From assembly GCA_947584105.1 (NCBI GenBank), contig CANPWK010000001.1:1-35717 (forward strand): a stretch of 35,717 nt of DNA, in the 5' to 3' direction. A program made the translations under genes and the position numbers. The notes under the pieces are model-generated. The model had not been told where the DNA came from, searched no databases, and worked only from the letters and a program-made list of their open reading frames with translations. Each line of letters begins with the position of its first letter. Position 1 is the first letter of the stretch. This stretch comes from an uncultured Bacilli bacterium (GTDB lineage: Bacteria; Bacillota_I; Bacilli_A; RF39; UBA660). Shown here one piece after another: positions 17,376 to 26,741 of the stretch.

Positions 17376-19892
17376 TTATAATGTTTCACGTGAAACATTC
17401 TCTTCCTCATTATCTATTTCAGGTTCAATTAATGTAATAGTGCTGACTTTTTGATTATCTTTTAAATTAATTAATTTAACTCCCTGAGCAACTCTACCTG
17501 TTAAAGAAACTTGATTTAATGATAATCTAATAATAATTCCATTATCAGTAATAATCATCAAATCTTCATTACCAATAACACTCTTAAACGAAACTATATT
17601 TCCATTTTTATTTGTTATATTTAATGCTTTAACTCCTTTGCTTCCTCTATGAGTTATTCTATATTCTTCAACATTTGTTTTCTTACCATAACCATTTTCA
17701 GTTACTACTAATATTTTTTTATCTTTATTTGAAATTTCGCAACCTACTACTTTACCTTCGCCAACTTCTATTCCTTTAACACCTGCAGCAGTACGTCCCA
17801 TAACTCTAATTTCTGATTCATTAAACCTTATCATTCTTCCATTACTTGAAGCAATTATAATTTCATTTTTTCCATTAGTTTTTTGAACATCTACTAATTC
17901 ATCATTTTCTTTTAAAGTAATTGCTAATTTACCATTTGTTCTAATATTATTAAATTCACGAACGTTTGTTCTTTTAACTAATCCGTTTGCTGTAGCAAAG
18001 ACTATATAACCATCAGCATCTTCATTTTTTAAATTCAACATAGCTTTTACTTTTTCATCTTTTTCTATAGGAATTAGATTAACTATAGGTAAACCTTTTG
18101 ACTGTCGACTGAATGTAGGAATTTCATAACCCTTTAACCTATATACTTTTCCTTTATTAGTAAATATCATTAAATAATCGTGTGTTGTCATTGAAATAAT
18201 CTTTTCAACAAAATCTTCTTCGTTTGTAGACATTCCTTTAATTCCAACTCCACCTCTATTTTGTGTTTTATAAGTTTCACTTGTAATTCTTTTTATATAA
18301 CCATTATTAGTTAAAGTTATTACTATATCCTCTACTGGAATAAGAGATTCATCCTCTATATAATCTATAGCAGTCATATCTATAGTAGTTTTGCGTTCAT
18401 CTGAATATTTATGTTTTATTTCATTTAATTCTTCTTTTATAATATTTAATATTTTTTGTTCACTAGCTAAAATAGATTTTAATTCATCTATATATTTTAA
18501 TAAAGTATTTAACTCTTCTTCAATTTTATTTCTTTCTAATCCCGTTAATCTTCTTAATTTTAATTCTAGAATACTATTTGATTGAATTTCACTCAAATTG
18601 AAATTTTTCATAAGCGATTCTCTAGCATCTTGATCAGAATCAGATTCTTTTATAATTTTTATAACTCTATCGATATTGTCTAAGGCTATTTTATAACCTT
18701 GAAGAATATGTACTCTATTTTCTGATTTATTTAATTCAAATCTTGTTCTTCTAATAATTACTTCTTTTTGATAATCTATATATTTAGATATGATTGATTT
18801 TAAAGGTAATGTTTTTGGAACTTGACCATCTAACATTAAAAATGTAATTCCATAATTTATTTGAAAAGAAGTATGTTTATATAAATTATTTAAAATAACT
18901 TGAGCATTTGCATCTTTCTTTAAAGTAATAGTTATTTTTACACCATCTTTTAAATCAGTATGATAATCTGATATACCATCAATTACTTTATTATGAACAA
19001 GTTCTGCTACTTTATTTTTTAAATCCATTGTATTGACACCATATGGAACTTCAGTAATTATTATTTGACTATGACCATTATTTTCTTCAATAGAAGCCCT
19101 ACTTCTAATAGTAATTGTCCCTTTTCCTGTTTCATATGCTTGTTTAATTCCTGAATTACCTAAAATAACTCCTCCAGTTGGAAAATCTGGTCCTTTTATA
19201 TATTGCATTAAACCTAAAGTATCTATTTCTGGATTATCTATATAAGCAATACATCCATCAATTACCTCTCCTAAATTATGTGGTGGTATATTTGTAGCCA
19301 TTCCAACGGCAATTCCCATTGATCCATTAACTAAAACATTGGGAAATCTACTTGGTAAAACTATTGGTTCTTTACTAGTAGCATCAAAATTATCTTCCAT
19401 ATCAACAGTATCTTTATTAATATCCCTTAATAATTCTAAAGAAATTTTCGATAATCTAGCTTCTGTATAACGATAAGCAGCTGCTCCATCGCCTTCTATA
19501 TTACCAAAATTACCATGACCATCAATAAGCATATATCTTTGATTAAAATCTTGAGCTAATCGAACCATAGCATCATATATAGAAGCATCTCCATGTGGAT
19601 GGTAATGTCCCATTACATAACCTACAGTTGTTGCTGATTTTTTATGTGGCTTATCTGGAGTATTTCCCTCTTCAAACATAGACCATAAAATTCTTCTATG
19701 TACTGGTTTTAATCCATCTCTTAAATCTGGAATAGCACGTGAAGTAATAACACTCATTGAATAATCAAGAAATGATTTTTGAACTTCCTCTACTATGTTA
19801 TTTTCATATAGACTATCTCTTTCATGAAATTTTTCGCCATATTTATTTTCATCTAAATTATTTTTATCTTTTAATTCATTATTATCTTCCAT
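17376..19892 (-). CDS. gyrA: DNA gyrase subunit A
   Basis: AIPDLRDGLKPVHRRILW, the active-site Tyr region AAAYRYTEARL, and C-terminal beta-pinwheel repeats. 838 aa. Confidence 0.98.
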   Translation of the reverse strand: MEDNNELKDKNNLDENKYGEKFHERDSLYENNIVEEVQKSFLDYSMSVITSRAIPDLRDGLKPVHRRILWSMFEEGNTPDKPHKKSATTVGYVMGHYHPHGDASIYDAMVRLAQDFNQRYMLIDGHGNFGNIEGDGAAAYRYTEARLSKISLELLRDINKDTVDMEDNFDATSKEPIVLPSRFPNVLVNGSMGIAVGMATNIPPHNLGEVIDGCIAYIDNPEIDTLGLMQYIKGPDFPTGGVILGNSGIKQAYETGKGTITIRSRASIEENNGHSQIIITEVPYGVNTMDLKNKVAELVHNKVIDGISDYHTDLKDGVKITITLKKDANAQVILNNLYKHTSFQINYGITFLMLDGQVPKTLPLKSIISKYIDYQKEVIIRRTRFELNKSENRVHILQGYKIALDNIDRVIKIIKESDSDQDARESLMKNFNLSEIQSNSILELKLRRLTGLERNKIEEELNTLLKYIDELKSILASEQKILNIIKEELNEIKHKYSDERKTTIDMTAIDYIEDESLIPVEDIVITLTNNGYIKRITSETYKTQNRGGVGIKGMSTNEEDFVEKIISMTTHDYLMIFTNKGKVYRLKGYEIPTFSRQSKGLPIVNLIPIEKDEKVKAMLNLKNEDADGYIVFATANGLVKRTNVREFNNIRTNGKLAITLKENDELVDVQKTNGKNEIIIASSNGRMIRFNESEIRVMGRTAAGVKGIEVGEGKVVGCEISNKDKKILVVTENGYGKKTNVEEYRITHRGSKGVKALNITNKNGNIVSFKSVIGNEDLMIITDNGIIIRLSLNQVSLTGRVAQGVKLINLKDNQKVSTITLIEPEIDNEEENVSRETL
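17382..17397. promoter_or_regulatory. parS: parS site 7 (perfect), inside the last codons of gyrA
   Basis: Exact TGTTTCACGTGAAACA. It encodes the ..NVSRETL* tail of gyrA. Confidence 0.85.
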
Positions 19893-19905
19893 TAATATTC
19901 ACCTC

Positions 19906-21834
19906 CTATATATCTAGATTTTCAACAAATTTTGCATTTTCTTCAATAAATTTTCTTCTAGGTTCTACTTCTTCACCCATTAATGTTGAAAAAATTTGAT
20001 CTGCCATTACACAATCATCTACAGTAATTCTTCTTAATATTCTTTTTTCAATATCCATTGTAGTTATATTTAATTCATCTGCATCCATTTCTCCTAATCC
20101 TTTCATACGAGTAATTTCCGCTCTCTGTCTAACATTATCTGGCAAAGTGTTTAAATATTCTTCTTTTTCTTCTTCGGTTAATACATATTTTCTTGTCTTT
20201 CCATGCATTATTTTAAATAAAGGTGGTTGAGCAGCATAAACATGTCCTGCTTCAACTATTGGTCTAAAAAATCTATAAAATAATGTCAATAATAAAACTC
20301 TAATATGTGATCCATCAACATCAGCATCTGTCATAATTATTATTTTGTCATACCTTAATTTGCCAAGGTTAAATTCTTCACCAATACCTGTACCAAATGC
20401 AGTTATAATAGACCTTATTTCTTCATTTCCCAAAGCTCTATCTAATCTGTTTTTTTCTACATTTAGAATTTTACCTCGAAGTGGTAATATTGCTTGAGTC
20501 ATAGAATCTCTACCCTTTTTAGCAGAACCACCTGCAGAATCTCCCTCGACAATAAATATTTCAGATACCTTAGGATCTTTACTTTTGCAATCCGATAATT
20601 TACCCCATCCTAAATTTGTAGTAGCTAAATCACTTTTTCTTGTTATTTCTCTAGCCTTTTTTGCTGCGTTACGAGCTCTACAAGCAAGCATTGACTTTTC
20701 AACAATCTGTTTTGCTTCATTTGGATTTTCAAGCAAAAACTTTTCAAAACCTGAAGAAAATACATTATCTGCTAATTTTCTAACTTCCGAATTTCCTAAT
20801 CTACCTTTTGTTTGACCTTCAAATTGGGGATTTGGATGTTTACATGAAACTATCATTGTTAAGCCTTCTTTGACATCTTCTCCGGTCAAAGATTCATCTT
20901 TTTCTTTTAAAATATTGCTTTTTCTTGCATAATTATTTATTAATCTAGTTAAAGCTCTTTTTACACCATCCTCATGTGTACCACCATCATGAGTATTTAT
21001 ATTATTAACAAAAGAATATATATTTTCTTTATAACCCGTATTATATTGTAATGCTACTTCAAAAAATACTCCATCCTCTTCACCTTCTAAATGAATAATA
21101 TCTTTATGAATTGGTGTTTTACCTTGATTAATAAACTTTACATATTCAGAAATACCACCTTCATAAATAAATGTTTCTCCAGTAGTATCTTCTTCATCTC
21201 TATCATCTCTCAATGTTAATCTTAATCCTTTATTTAAAAAAGCTAATTCGCGAATTCTTAACATCAAAATATTATAGTCATATATATCTGTATCAAAAAT
21301 ATTAGGATCTGGTTTAAAAGTTACTACTGTACCAGTACGATTTTCTTCGCAATCACCTATTATTTCTAAATGATTAACTGGATGTCCACCATTTTCAAAT
21401 CTCATAAAATGAATTTTTCCATTTTTATAAACTTTAACTTCTAACCAAGATGATAGTGCATTAACAACACTAGCTCCAACACCATGTAATCCACCGGATA
21501 CTTTATATCCGCCACCACCAAATTTTCCTCCTGCATGAAGAACTGTATATACTGTTTCTACTGTTGAAATTTTTGTTTTTGGATGGATATCTACTGGAAT
21601 TCCTCTCCCATCATCTTTTACAGTTATAGAATTATCTTTATTTATTATAATTTCAATATTATTACAATAACCAGCTAATGCTTCATCTATTGAATTATCA
21701 ACAATTTCCCATACTAAATGATGCAAACCCTTTACATCTGTTGTACCAATATACATACCAGGTCTTTTTCTAACTGCTTCTAATCCCTCCAAAACCTGAA
21801 TATCAGAAGCATCATAATGTGTATTTTCTTTCAT
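19906..21834 (-). CDS. gyrB: DNA gyrase subunit B
   Basis: [17 protein letters not shown], the Toprim motif [20 protein letters not shown] and [12 protein letters not shown]. 642 aa. Confidence 0.98.
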   Translation of the reverse strand: MKENTHYDASDIQVLEGLEAVRKRPGMYIGTTDVKGLHHLVWEIVDNSIDEALAGYCNNIEIIINKDNSITVKDDGRGIPVDIHPKTKISTVETVYTVLHAGGKFGGGGYKVSGGLHGVGASVVNALSSWLEVKVYKNGKIHFMRFENGGHPVNHLEIIGDCEENRTGTVVTFKPDPNIFDTDIYDYNILMLRIRELAFLNKGLRLTLRDDRDEEDTTGETFIYEGGISEYVKFINQGKTPIHKDIIHLEGEEDGVFFEVALQYNTGYKENIYSFVNNINTHDGGTHEDGVKRALTRLINNYARKSNILKEKDESLTGEDVKEGLTMIVSCKHPNPQFEGQTKGRLGNSEVRKLADNVFSSGFEKFLLENPNEAKQIVEKSMLACRARNAAKKAREITRKSDLATTNLGWGKLSDCKSKDPKVSEIFIVEGDSAGGSAKKGRDSMTQAILPLRGKILNVEKNRLDRALGNEEIRSIITAFGTGIGEEFNLGKLRYDKIIIMTDADVDGSHIRVLLLTLFYRFFRPIVEAGHVYAAQPPLFKIMHGKTRKYVLTEEEKEEYLNTLPDNVRQRAEITRMKGLGEMDADELNITTMDIEKRILRRITVDDCVMADQIFSTLMGEEVEPRRKFIEENAKFVENLDI

Positions 21835-22937
21835 TTTATATCACCTCTTTGAATTTTTAATTTTCCATTATTAATATTGAAAATTTTTGCTTTTTTTAAT
21901 ATACTATCATCAATTTCTTGTAATGAAACATTAGTAATAATTACCTGTATACCATTATTTAAATATTTTAACAAATTAATATTTTTTTTATTATCTATTT
22001 CACTAAATATATCATCTAATAATAAGATTGGGAATTCATTCTTATACATCTTAAAAATTTCTATTTCCGATAATTTAAGTGTCAACACAGCTAATTTTTG
22101 TTGTCCTTGCGAACCAAAACATTTTAAATCACTATCATCAAGAAAAAAATCAAAATCATCTTTATGTACTCCATAATATGTAGATCCATTTTTAAATTCA
22201 TAAGTGTATTTTGCCTGAAAAAATTTCAAATAATATTCTTTATCAAAATTATGTTCTTCATAATCTACATTTGGATTATAAACAATTTTAAAATTATTTA
22301 AACCTGTAATATCAAAAAAAATTTTATTACAATATAAGTTTAGCTTTTTAATAAATTTTTTTCTTAATTTATAAATTAAAATATTTTTATCAATTAAATA
22401 ATTTGTCAAAATATCAAAATAATCTTTATTAAATACATTATTTTTTATATAATCATTTCTTAATTTTAATATTTTTTCATATTCATTATAAAGGATATAA
22501 TAATTTCTATATAATTGTGATATCTCTGAATTTAAAAAATTTCTTCTATTTATAGGAGGACCTTTTATAATTGCTAAATCTTCCGGTGTAAATAAAATAA
22601 CATTCAAGTTAGATATATAATCACTTACTTTAGTAATATTATTTGAATCAATTATCATATTTTTTTTATTATTAATATATGTAAATTTAATATTTGTATC
22701 TAATTTATCTTTTTTTAATACCCCCTCAATATTAAAATAATTAAAACCTTTTTTTATTAAATCTTGAATCGAAATACTTCTAAAAGTATCAGTAAATGCA
22801 AGAGTATAAATACTTTCAAGTAAATTAGTTTTGCCTTGTGCATTATTTCCATAAATAATATTTATTCCTTTATTAAAGGAAACAGTTAATTTCGAATAAT
22901 TACGAAAATTACATAATTTTACTTTTTTTAAATACAT
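21831..22937 (-). CDS. recF: DNA replication/repair protein RecF
   Basis: Walker [15 protein letters not shown], the signature FGSQGQQK, and Walker [16 protein letters not shown] overlap with gyrB. Confidence 0.95.
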   Translation of the reverse strand: MYLKKVKLCNFRNYSKLTVSFNKGINIIYGNNAQGKTNLLESIYTLAFTDTFRSISIQDLIKKGFNYFNIEGVLKKDKLDTNIKFTYINNKKNMIIDSNNITKVSDYISNLNVILFTPEDLAIIKGPPINRRNFLNSEISQLYRNYYILYNEYEKILKLRNDYIKNNVFNKDYFDILTNYLIDKNILIYKLRKKFIKKLNLYCNKIFFDITGLNNFKIVYNPNVDYEEHNFDKEYYLKFFQAKYTYEFKNGSTYYGVHKDDFDFFLDDSDLKCFGSQGQQKLAVLTLKLSEIEIFKMYKNEFPILLLDDIFSEIDNKKNINLLKYLNNGIQVIITNVSLQEIDDSILKKAKIFNINNGKLKIQRGDIK

Positions 22938-23032
22938 AATATAACCTTCTTTTTTATTTTTTTAGGTTAATTTTAAATTTTTTAAATTATTAATATCCCT
23001 ATACACATTAAATATTATAACACAAAATTAGC

Positions 23033-23069
23033 AATAAAAAAAGAAATTTAGCCTTTATAAATTTCTTTT
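23033..23069 (-). terminator. Intrinsic terminator after comK
   Basis: 12-bp stem AAAAGAAAUUUA / UAAAUUUCUUUU with a 7-nt loop, followed by UUUAUU on the minus strand. It overlaps the comK stop codon. Confidence 0.7.
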
Positions 23070-23520
23070 ATCCTTCTTTGACAATATGATCATATAATTT
23101 TGATTTTAACAAAGAAGCACGACAATATTGATTTTTTAATGAATATACTGAAATAGATGTAGATAACTTTTTACCATTTTTAAATAATATATAAGTTTGA
23201 TTGTTCTCACATATAATATCCTTAATATGATTTAAAGATATCCACATAGATTGTTGATTTCTCGTTGATGAAGTGGGAAAAAAGATTATTCTTCTAGTTT
23301 CTTCTATTATTATTGGAAATTTTGACTTTATTCCAGTTAAACTCTTTGTCCCTTCACATCTTCCAATATATGAACTGCCATAAAAATTACAATTATATTT
23401 AATAATTTTATTGCTGGAATTTGCAACTTCATATTCACAATCTTCTTCATAAATCATACTTTTACTATTATTTATAGGAATAATTGCTTGTGTTGAATCG
23501 TTTATTTCATATTCTTTCAT
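23068..23520 (-). CDS. comK: Competence transcription factor ComK family protein
   Basis: 150 aa. FYGSSYIGRCEGT, IIFFPTSSTRNQQSMWISLNHIK and FKNGKKLSTSISVYSLKNQYCRASLLKSK align with B. subtilis ComK (FFGSSYAGRKAGT / IFLFPTLSSTRPQCGWISHVHVK / FSNGKTMELPISYNSFENQVYRTAWLRTK), from memory. Confidence 0.85.
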   Translation of the reverse strand: MKEYEINDSTQAIIPINNSKSMIYEEDCEYEVANSSNKIIKYNCNFYGSSYIGRCEGTKSLTGIKSKFPIIIEETRRIIFFPTSSTRNQQSMWISLNHIKDIICENNQTYILFKNGKKLSTSISVYSLKNQYCRASLLKSKLYDHIVKEG

Positions 23521-23561
23521 TCTACTTCCCCCTTTCAGTTATCTGTTATAACACTCATATA

Positions 23562-23588
23562 TGTCGAATAATGCCAATTTATGTCGAA
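23562..23588. promoter_or_regulatory. Two Spo0A-box heptamers (TGTCGAA) 20 bp apart upstream of comK
   Basis: TATGTCGAAT occurs at 23560..23569 and 23580..23589, with exact TGTCGAA cores at 23562 and 23582. A likely extended -10 (TGTTATAAC on the minus strand, hexamer 23545..23550) lies just downstream. Confidence 0.6.
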
Positions 23589-23603
23589 TTAATAATTTTT
23601 TTG

Positions 23604-23626
23604 TAAAAAAAAAGCAAAAATGCTTT
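23604..23626 (-). terminator. Weak intrinsic terminator after dnaN
   Basis: Minus-strand AAAGCA-UUUU-UGCUUU followed by a U run, immediately after the dnaN stop codon. Confidence 0.5.
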
Positions 23627-24748
23627 CTAAAATGTTCTAATTGGCAATATTAGTTGAATTAAATGATCATCATTTACATTTTTTACTATAATTGGTTTTA
23701 TTTCTCCATTAAAACATAATTCTATTTCCTGACTATCAAATACTTTAATAGCTTCCATCATAAATTTAGAACTAAAAGAAATATTTAAATTTTTATTTTC
23801 ATTATTTATAATTTTTATATTTTCCTCTACATTACCTATTTCAGGAATATTGGAAGTTATTTTGGCATTATTGCTATCTATAAATAAATTAATTATATTT
23901 TTTTCTTCTTCATTTGTTAATAAAGAGGCCCTATCTATTGCATTATAAAAGTCTAATAGCTTTACTTTAACAGTCAAAGTAAAATCACTTGGTATTAATT
24001 TATCAGTTACTGGATAATTTCCATTTATCAATCTAGACATAATTATAATATTATTGCTTTTGAAAATAATTTTATTTGCAAATATATGCAATTCAAGTTT
24101 TTCATTATCTTCACTTAACATTTTTGTTGTTTCAATTAAATTTTTACTTGGAACAATAATATTAACATCATTATCTGAAGATTTATCTAATTCAATAATT
24201 TTTTTAGATAGACGATATGAATCTGTAGCTGTACATTCTAATAAATTATTACTTATTTTTATATTAATTCCAGTTAATATAGGTCGTGATTCTTGATTAG
24301 ATGTTGAAAATATAATTTGATTAATCATTGTTTTAAATGATGTTTTAGAAAGTAAAATTGGATTTGATACAAATTCTAAATCTAAATTAGGAAACTCCTC
24401 TACTTTATTACAATTAATCTTGAATGATGATGTTGTAGTTGTTATTAAAACTTGTGAATCTATAATTTCTTCTATTGTAATTATTTCATTATTCAATTTT
24501 TTTACTATTTCATATATATAACGTCCAGATATAACAAATTCACCAAGTTCATCAATATTTTCAATTTTCTTACTAGGTATAAATGTTTTTATTGCAAATT
24601 CATTATTAGTACTTAATAAATATAAACCTTCTTCTTTTAAATCAAATTTTATACAATTTAAAATTGGAATTAAATTTTTATTAGATATTCCTCTAATTGC
24701 ATAATTTAAATTTTCCATTAATATATTTTGTTTAATTTTTAATTTCAT
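23627..24748 (-). CDS. dnaN: DNA polymerase III beta sliding clamp
   Basis: 373 aa, directly downstream of dnaA. The length, three-domain size and termini (MKLKI...QLILPIRTF) are typical of DnaN. Confidence 0.93.
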   Translation of the reverse strand: MKLKIKQNILMENLNYAIRGISNKNLIPILNCIKFDLKEEGLYLLSTNNEFAIKTFIPSKKIENIDELGEFVISGRYIYEIVKKLNNEIITIEEIIDSQVLITTTTSSFKINCNKVEEFPNLDLEFVSNPILLSKTSFKTMINQIIFSTSNQESRPILTGINIKISNNLLECTATDSYRLSKKIIELDKSSDNDVNIIVPSKNLIETTKMLSEDNEKLELHIFANKIIFKSNNIIIMSRLINGNYPVTDKLIPSDFTLTVKVKLLDFYNAIDRASLLTNEEEKNIINLFIDSNNAKITSNIPEIGNVEENIKIINNENKNLNISFSSKFMMEAIKVFDSQEIELCFNGEIKPIIVKNVNDDHLIQLILPIRTF

Positions 24749-24872
24749 AAAAACCCTCCTCTTTATATATATTAATATTATTATTATTAATGTTAATAAT
24801 GTGTAAAAGTATATTTTTCCCTTTTATTATAAGCAATTTTATAATGTCAATAAATTGTTTATAAATATTATT
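24749..24872. other. oriC: dnaA-dnaN spacer: candidate oriC unwinding module (incC-like)
   Basis: Two abutting DnaA-box-like 9-mers, TGTTAATAA (24791..24799) and TGTGTAAAA (24800..24808), plus TGTTTATAA (24856..24864). On the minus strand they are followed by (TAA)4-TAT-TAA trinucleotide repeats (24771..24790) and a pure A/T tract. Confidence 0.5.
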
Positions 24873-26228
24873 TTAGCACATTTTTATTTGATTTACCATC
24901 TTTTGGATTTCATTATTTAAATCTTCATTTTTGTTAACTTCTTTTTTTATTTTGTCAACGCCATGCATAACAGTTGTATGATTTCTTCCTCCAAATTCAT
25001 TACCTATTTTTACTAAATTTTCATTTAAATAAATTCTACAAATATACATTGCTATTTGTCTAGGAAGTGTAATTTTACTAATTCTTCTTTTAGATTTTAA
25101 ATCATCAACACTAACATTATAATTACTACTAACTATGTGCATAACTTGTTCGATATTATTTTGTGCAACTATTGTTTTAACAAAATAATCTTTTAGAGCC
25201 TCTGCTGCCAAATTAATATTAATATCAGATCCATTCATAATTGTTGCGAAAGCAAAAACTCTAGTTAATGCACCTTCCAATTTTCTGATATCCCCTACAC
25301 AATTACTTGCTATATATTCTTTTACATCTTCAGGAAAATTAGCACTTAATTCATGATTTTCTATTTTTTTATTAATTATATTCATTCTAAGTTCAAAATC
25401 TGGAGGTTCGATACTAACAGTTAATCCCCAATTGAATCTTGTTTTTAAACGTTCTTCTAATCTTTTTATATCATCAGGCGATCTATCAGAAGAAATAATA
25501 ATCTGTTTTTCATTATTATACAAATCATTAAATGTATTAAAAAATTCTTGTTGTGCAGAAATAGCTCCTACTAAATTATGGATATCATCAATTATTAAAA
25601 CATCAATATCTCTATATTTATTTTTAAACTGTTTGGTAGCTTCAAAATTATTTGAATCACTTGTTTTTCTACAAATTTCTACAAAATCAGAAACAAAATT
25701 GTCGCAAGTTATATATAGAACTCTCTTATTACTGTTTTTTAAAATATAATTACCAATTGCTTGCATTAAATGAGTTTTTCCTAATCCACTTGGACCATAA
25801 ATAAATAAAGGATTATACATTTTACCTGGATGTTCAGCAACCGCTAAAGCACTAGTAGCTGCAAATTTATTACTTTTTCCTATTATATAATTTTCAAAAG
25901 AATATCTATTATCTAAATTAGTGGTAAAATTTTCATTTGTAGGAACTCCGATATCATTTAATGTAATAACATTATTATTAATTTCTTCTTCTAAAAGAAA
26001 TTCAAATTTAAAGTTAGTTCCAGTAATTTCTAAGAAGGTTTCTTCAATTAATTCATTATAATTTTCAGATAAATTTTTTTTATGAATATGATAAGGAACC
26101 AATACTTTAGCAATCCCATTATCAATATTAATTAATTTAGTTTCACTAAACCATGTTTCATAAGATATGTTACTAATCTTTGTTTTTATTTTTTCTAAAA
26201 AATTTATCCACATATTATCTAAGTTCAT
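24873..26228 (-). CDS. dnaA: Chromosomal replication initiator DnaA
   Basis: Walker A GPSGLGKTHLMQAIGN, IIDDIH, and the domain IV signature GGRNHTTVMHGVDKI. 451 aa. Confidence 0.98.
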   Translation of the reverse strand: MNLDNMWINFLEKIKTKISNISYETWFSETKLINIDNGIAKVLVPYHIHKKNLSENYNELIEETFLEITGTNFKFEFLLEEEINNNVITLNDIGVPTNENFTTNLDNRYSFENYIIGKSNKFAATSALAVAEHPGKMYNPLFIYGPSGLGKTHLMQAIGNYILKNSNKRVLYITCDNFVSDFVEICRKTSDSNNFEATKQFKNKYRDIDVLIIDDIHNLVGAISAQQEFFNTFNDLYNNEKQIIISSDRSPDDIKRLEERLKTRFNWGLTVSIEPPDFELRMNIINKKIENHELSANFPEDVKEYIASNCVGDIRKLEGALTRVFAFATIMNGSDININLAAEALKDYFVKTIVAQNNIEQVMHIVSSNYNVSVDDLKSKRRISKITLPRQIAMYICRIYLNENLVKIGNEFGGRNHTTVMHGVDKIKKEVNKNEDLNNEIQKMVNQIKMC

Positions 26229-26573
26229 AAAAACACCTTCTTTAAATTTGATAATAATATTTTACAATAAAATGTTGAAAAATGAAATAAAAAACAAACA
26301 AAAATAGTAAAAAAAACAATTTTCAACATATTTTGTGGAAAAAATATATACATAATAATTTATAAACATATAAAATTAATGTTTATAACTAAAATTTTTG
26401 TTGATAAAAATATTATATATAGATAAATTATAAAAAAAAGATAAAAAAATTATGTTCATAACTTATTTTGTAATTTTATTACAGTATTTATATTATAATG
26501 TTGACAAAATGAAAAAAAATATATATAATTGATAAAGCAAACCAAATTTTTATAAGTAATGGAGGTGGATTTT
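26229..26573. other. oriC: oriC upstream module: cluster of degenerate DnaA boxes between divergent dnaA and rpmH
   Basis: 9-mers related to TGTGGATAA/TTATCCACA: TGTTGAAAA 26273, TTTTCAACA 26320, TGTGGAAAA 26334 (8/9), TTATAAACA 26360, TGTTTATAA 26380, TGTTGATAA 26399 (8/9), TGTTCATAA 26453 and TGTTGACAA 26499. Two pairs are arranged as inverted repeats. Confidence 0.7.
26501..26529 (+). promoter_or_regulatory. Consensus sigma-A promoter of rpmH
   Basis: TTGACA (26501..26506), 17 nt, TATAAT (26524..26529). GGAGGTG SD at 26561. Confidence 0.8.
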
Positions 26574-26696
26574 ATGAAAAGAACATATCAACCAAATAAT
26601 CATAGAAAAAGTAAAAAAATGGGTTTTATGGCCAGAATTAAAACTAATATAATAAAAAGAAGAAGAAAAAAAGGTCGCAAAGTATTATCTAGATAA
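26574..26696 (+). CDS. rpmH: 50S ribosomal protein L34 (not in the ORF track; 40 aa)
   Basis: [40 protein letters not shown]. It aligns with Bacillus L34 (MKRTFQPNNRKRSK..GF..R.......RRRRKGRKVLSA) but is about 4 residues shorter. Confidence 0.95.
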   Translation: MKRTYQPNNHRKSKKMGFMARIKTNIIKRRRKKGRKVLSR

Positions 26697-26697
26697 T

Positions 26698-26725
26698 AAT
26701 CACTCAAAGCAGTGATTTTTGTTTT
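26698..26725 (+). terminator. Intrinsic terminator/attenuator between rpmH and rnpA
   Basis: 7-bp stem AATCACT / AGTGATT with a 6-nt loop, followed by TTTTGTTTT. Confidence 0.6.
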
Positions 26726-26741
26726 ATGAGGAGGTTCAATT

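Noticed and set aside
16592-17398. The ATGTTTCACGTGAAACAT palindromes as a generic REP element, simple terminators, or an operator for a Rex/CRP/Fur-type transcription factor
   Set aside because: The 16-bp core is an exact match to the well-established parS consensus, unlike the Rex, CRP/FNR, Fur/PerR, CodY or cre consensus sequences I compared it with. Most copies lack a downstream U-tract. A REP-like genome-wide distribution cannot be excluded without the full genome and is listed as the refutation test.
22938-23626. ComK boxes (AAAA-N5-TTTT pairs) near comK and recF
   Set aside because: A/T tracts of this type occur everywhere in this composition, so the pattern has no discriminating power without statistics.
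25432-25749. 105-aa plus-strand ORF inside dnaA
   Set aside because: It is antisense to the DnaA AAA+ domain and is spurious.
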